Source: Candidatus Endomicrobiellum glyptotermitis (GTDB lineage: Bacteria; Elusimicrobiota; Endomicrobiia; Endomicrobiales; Endomicrobiaceae). From it: a stretch of DNA of 64,000 nt. Under the pieces are notes generated by a model that did not search any database, was not told the origin of the DNA, and saw only the letters and a program-made list of their open reading frames with translations. Positions 61,513-64,000 of this stretch are shown piece by piece. Position numbers and translations under genes: made by a program. How positions within the stretch are numbered: position 1 is the first letter of the stretch; every line of letters starts with the position of its first letter. The stretch is taken from NCBI GenBank assembly GCA_031267715.1, contig JAIRYQ010000001.1:30127-94126 (forward strand). The letters run 5' to 3'.

Positions 61513-62632
61513 ATGCTTGAAAAACAAAAAGGAATAATAGATGCATTGAGGGGGTTCCTTTAATGTTGATTCAAAAATGAGACAAATTAAGAAACTTGAA
61601 ATTGAAATGTCGAGTTCTAATTTTTGGAATGACAAAAATAGAGCTAAAAAAGTTACGGCTGAGCTTGACGCTTTAAAAAGTACTTGTCAGTCATGGCATG
61701 ATTTGAGTATTCATGTCAAGGATTTAATTGACTTGAAGGAGCTTGCGAGGCATGAAAACGATGAAAATCTTTTAAAAGATATTGAGAACGGCAGTAGGAA
61801 ACTTGAAAAAGATCTGTTAGCTTTTGAGACTAAAATGAAATTTGACGATGTACATGATAAAAATGATGCAATTGTATCTATACATTCTGGGGCTGGTGGA
61901 ACAGAATCTTGCGATTGGGCCCAGATATTAACGAGAATGTATTCTAGATGGGCTGAAGATAATGGTTTTGAAGTAGAGGTCGTTGATGTTTTAGATGGTG
62001 ACGAGGTCGGAATAAAAAGTATAACGATGATAATAAAAGGCGATTATGCTTATGGTCTTTTGCGGTCGGAAGTAGGTGTCCATAGACTTATTAGAGTTTC
62101 TCCATTTGATTCAAATAAAAGAAGGCATACTTCATTTAGTTCAGTTGATGTCATAGCTGCGGCGACAGATAACGTTGCTATAATCATAGAAGATAAGGAT
62201 ATAAGGATCGATACTTATAGGTCTTCCGGGGCGGGAGGTCAACATGTAAATAAGACCGATTCAGCAGTAAGAATTACCCATTTACCTACAGGGATAATAG
62301 TTCAGTCACAAAATGATCGTTCGCAAATAAAAAATAGAATTACCGCTATGAAACTTTTAAAAGCTAGACTTTATGAACTTGGACGTGAAAAGCAACGTGC
62401 TACTTATGAAAAACACTATAATGAAAAGGGTGCTATAGAGTGGGGTAGCCAGATACGGTCTTATGTTTTTATGCCTTATCAACTTGTAAAGGACCACAGG
62501 ACAGGATACGAAACGTCACGTTTAGATTTAATTATAGACGGAAAGATCGGCGAATTTATAAATGCGTATTTATCATGGAAATTAGAAAAAAGCAATAGTA
62601 AAAAATATATAGAGACTGATGCAAAAAGCTAA
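61513..62632 (+). CDS. prfB: Peptide chain release factor 2 with programmed +1 frameshift
   Basis: ORF0 MLEKQKGIIDALRGFL* (61513-61563). The +1 frame continues NVDSK-MRQ... with SPF and GGQ motifs. Confidence 0.95.
61548..61564 (+). other. RF2 frameshift cassette: internal SD, then CTT TAA T
   Basis: gagggg ttc ctt taa t: SD-like run, 3-nt spacer, slippery CTT-T and a stop. Confidence 0.9.
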
Positions 62633-62839
62633 ATTGCTGTAAAATTTAAAATCTTAAAAATTATTTTGTGTAAGGTTGAGTAAGATGATTGTTTTTGTGC
62701 GAATGTTATATGAATATAAATTTATGTTGTTTTTTACGCTTATCCCGCTCTGAATGTAAAAATTGATTTTTGTGGATTATTTTGACGTCAAAATAAATTT
62801 TTGTTAGAATCACTTGGCCTGGCAAATGGGGAAATTATA

Positions 62840-63460
62840 GTGAAGATTTTAAAGGAAGGTTATTCGTTTATTGGAGTTTTGCTTCTCGCGGGTGTGATCC
62901 TGCTTAGCGTGGGTGAAAATGGAGTTTCGGTTGTAATAGGGATTTTATGCGTTTTGGCTTCGTTATTTTGTATTTATTTTTTTAGAGATCCTGAAATACA
63001 GATAACAAAGGGTGACAGCTTGATACTTTCTCCTTGCAGTGGGACAGTTTTGGAAGTAAGTGAGAGTGAAAAAGATAAGGTCATAAGGGTATTTTTGTCT
63101 GTTCTAGATGTACATTTGCAGCGCTCGCCAGTTTCAGGAAAAGTTGTGAATGTTGAGTATAAGCCTGGAAAATTTTTAAAAGCTATGAACCCGCGGGCTC
63201 ATATAGTCAATGAACAAAATGTCATAACTATAGAGAATGAAAATGGGAGGTACTTTGTTAAACAGGTAGCAGGAATACTTGCAAGGAGATGTGTTTCGTG
63301 GGTAAAGTCTGGGGATGTTTTAAAGTGTGGTGATAAAATAGGAATGATAAAATTTAGTTCTCAAGTTGATTTGCATATACCTAGGATTGCTAGTGTTAGA
63401 GTGAGACGAGGTGATAAAGTTGTGGCTGGCGTAACAATTTTTGCAACTCTAAATTGTTAA
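62840..63460 (+). CDS. psd: Phosphatidylserine decarboxylase proenzyme (short type)
   Basis: YFFRDPE, FLSVLDVHLQRSP, QVAGILARR and GMIKFSSQVD. Adjacent to pssA. Confidence 0.9.
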   Translation: MKILKEGYSFIGVLLLAGVILLSVGENGVSVVIGILCVLASLFCIYFFRDPEIQITKGDSLILSPCSGTVLEVSESEKDKVIRVFLSVLDVHLQRSPVSGKVVNVEYKPGKFLKAMNPRAHIVNEQNVITIENENGRYFVKQVAGILARRCVSWVKSGDVLKCGDKIGMIKFSSQVDLHIPRIASVRVRRGDKVVAGVTIFATLNC

Positions 63461-63477
63461 AGATAAAGAGTGGTTTC

Positions 63478-64000
63478 ATGACTAATAGATTAAAAAAAAG
63501 TATGGCAAGTTTTTTTACATGTGGAAATATGACCTGTGGTTGTCTATCCATAATATTGGTAGGGGGTGGAGATTTTTTAAGAGCGTCATGGCTTCTCATG
63601 CTTGCGATAGTCTTTGATATGGCGGATGGGAGAATGGCTAGGATAACAAATACAACAAGCGATTTTGGCGTTCAATTAGATTCTTTGAGTGATTTAGTTT
63701 CATTTGGGGTTGCTCCGTCAATTATGATGTATCAGCTTGTTTTAAACAACTTAGATAAAACTGGTATGGCAATTGCTGTGTTGTTTGTTTTGTGTAGTGC
63801 GTTACGACTTGCGAAGTTTAATGTTATGGCACAAAGCGGTGTTGTACACGATTTTTTTATGGGTTTGCCAACGCCCGCCTCGGCAGGATTATTAGTATCT
63901 TTTGTCTTAAGCTGCAAATTGTCTGTTGGAGCTTTGCCGTTTAACACAGTTCCGGTTTTAGTAAAAAGTATGTCGCCATTGTTAAATATTATGCCTGCTG
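63478..64000 (+). CDS. pssA: CDP-diacylglycerol--serine O-phosphatidyltransferase (runs off the window end)
   Basis: Manual translation gives DMADGRMAR...FGVQLDSLSDLVSFGVAP, ALRLAKFN and FMGLPTPA. Confidence 0.93.
   Translation, partial: MTNRLKKSMASFFTCGNMTCGCLSIILVGGGDFLRASWLLMLAIVFDMADGRMARITNTTSDFGVQLDSLSDLVSFGVAPSIMMYQLVLNNLDKTGMAIAVLFVLCSALRLAKFNVMAQSGVVHDFFMGLPTPASAGLLVSFVLSCKLSVGALPFNTVPVLVKSMSPLLNIMPA

Noticed and set aside
1-64000. CRISPR array, tRNA/rRNA, IS element or prophage
   Set aside because: By eye I saw no regularly spaced repeats, cloverleaf or rRNA signatures, transposase, integrase or phage genes.

Overview
AT-rich bacterial chromosomal segment with intact housekeeping genes separated by heavily eroded pseudogene tracts. 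This looks like a genome in reductive evolution. Gene content fits an intracellular Endomicrobium-type (Elusimicrobiota) symbiont of termite-gut flagellates, but that is an inference and no search was run. Intact loci: AddB-like nuclease, TIGR03960/TIGR03936 radical SAM fusion, RNase G, a six-gene glucuronate operon (eda-uxaC-exuT-kdgK-uxuA-uxuB), PBP1A, hisS, Re-citrate synthase, aspC, rplU-rpmA-obgE, split MetH, hldD/rfaE1/kdsBAC/lptCAB, ptsN-hprK-rapZ-yvcK, PTS EIIA/HPr/EI, lepA-lepB, nfeD/SPFH, hemW, secA, prfB, psd and pssA (partial). Hand translation of the intergenic tracts shows relics of ybaL, nadA, hpf, murI, lnt and mannose-PTS EIIB/C/D. The most unusual observations are a HisRS enlarged by about 130 aa through apparent internal duplications, a prfB +1 frameshift at CTT-TAA instead of CTT-TGA, murI and lnt decay beside intact peptidoglycan and LPS genes, and a perfect 34-bp palindrome inside the lnt relic. 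I saw no CRISPR array, rRNA, tRNA, IS element or prophage, and no convincing wholly new multi-gene system.
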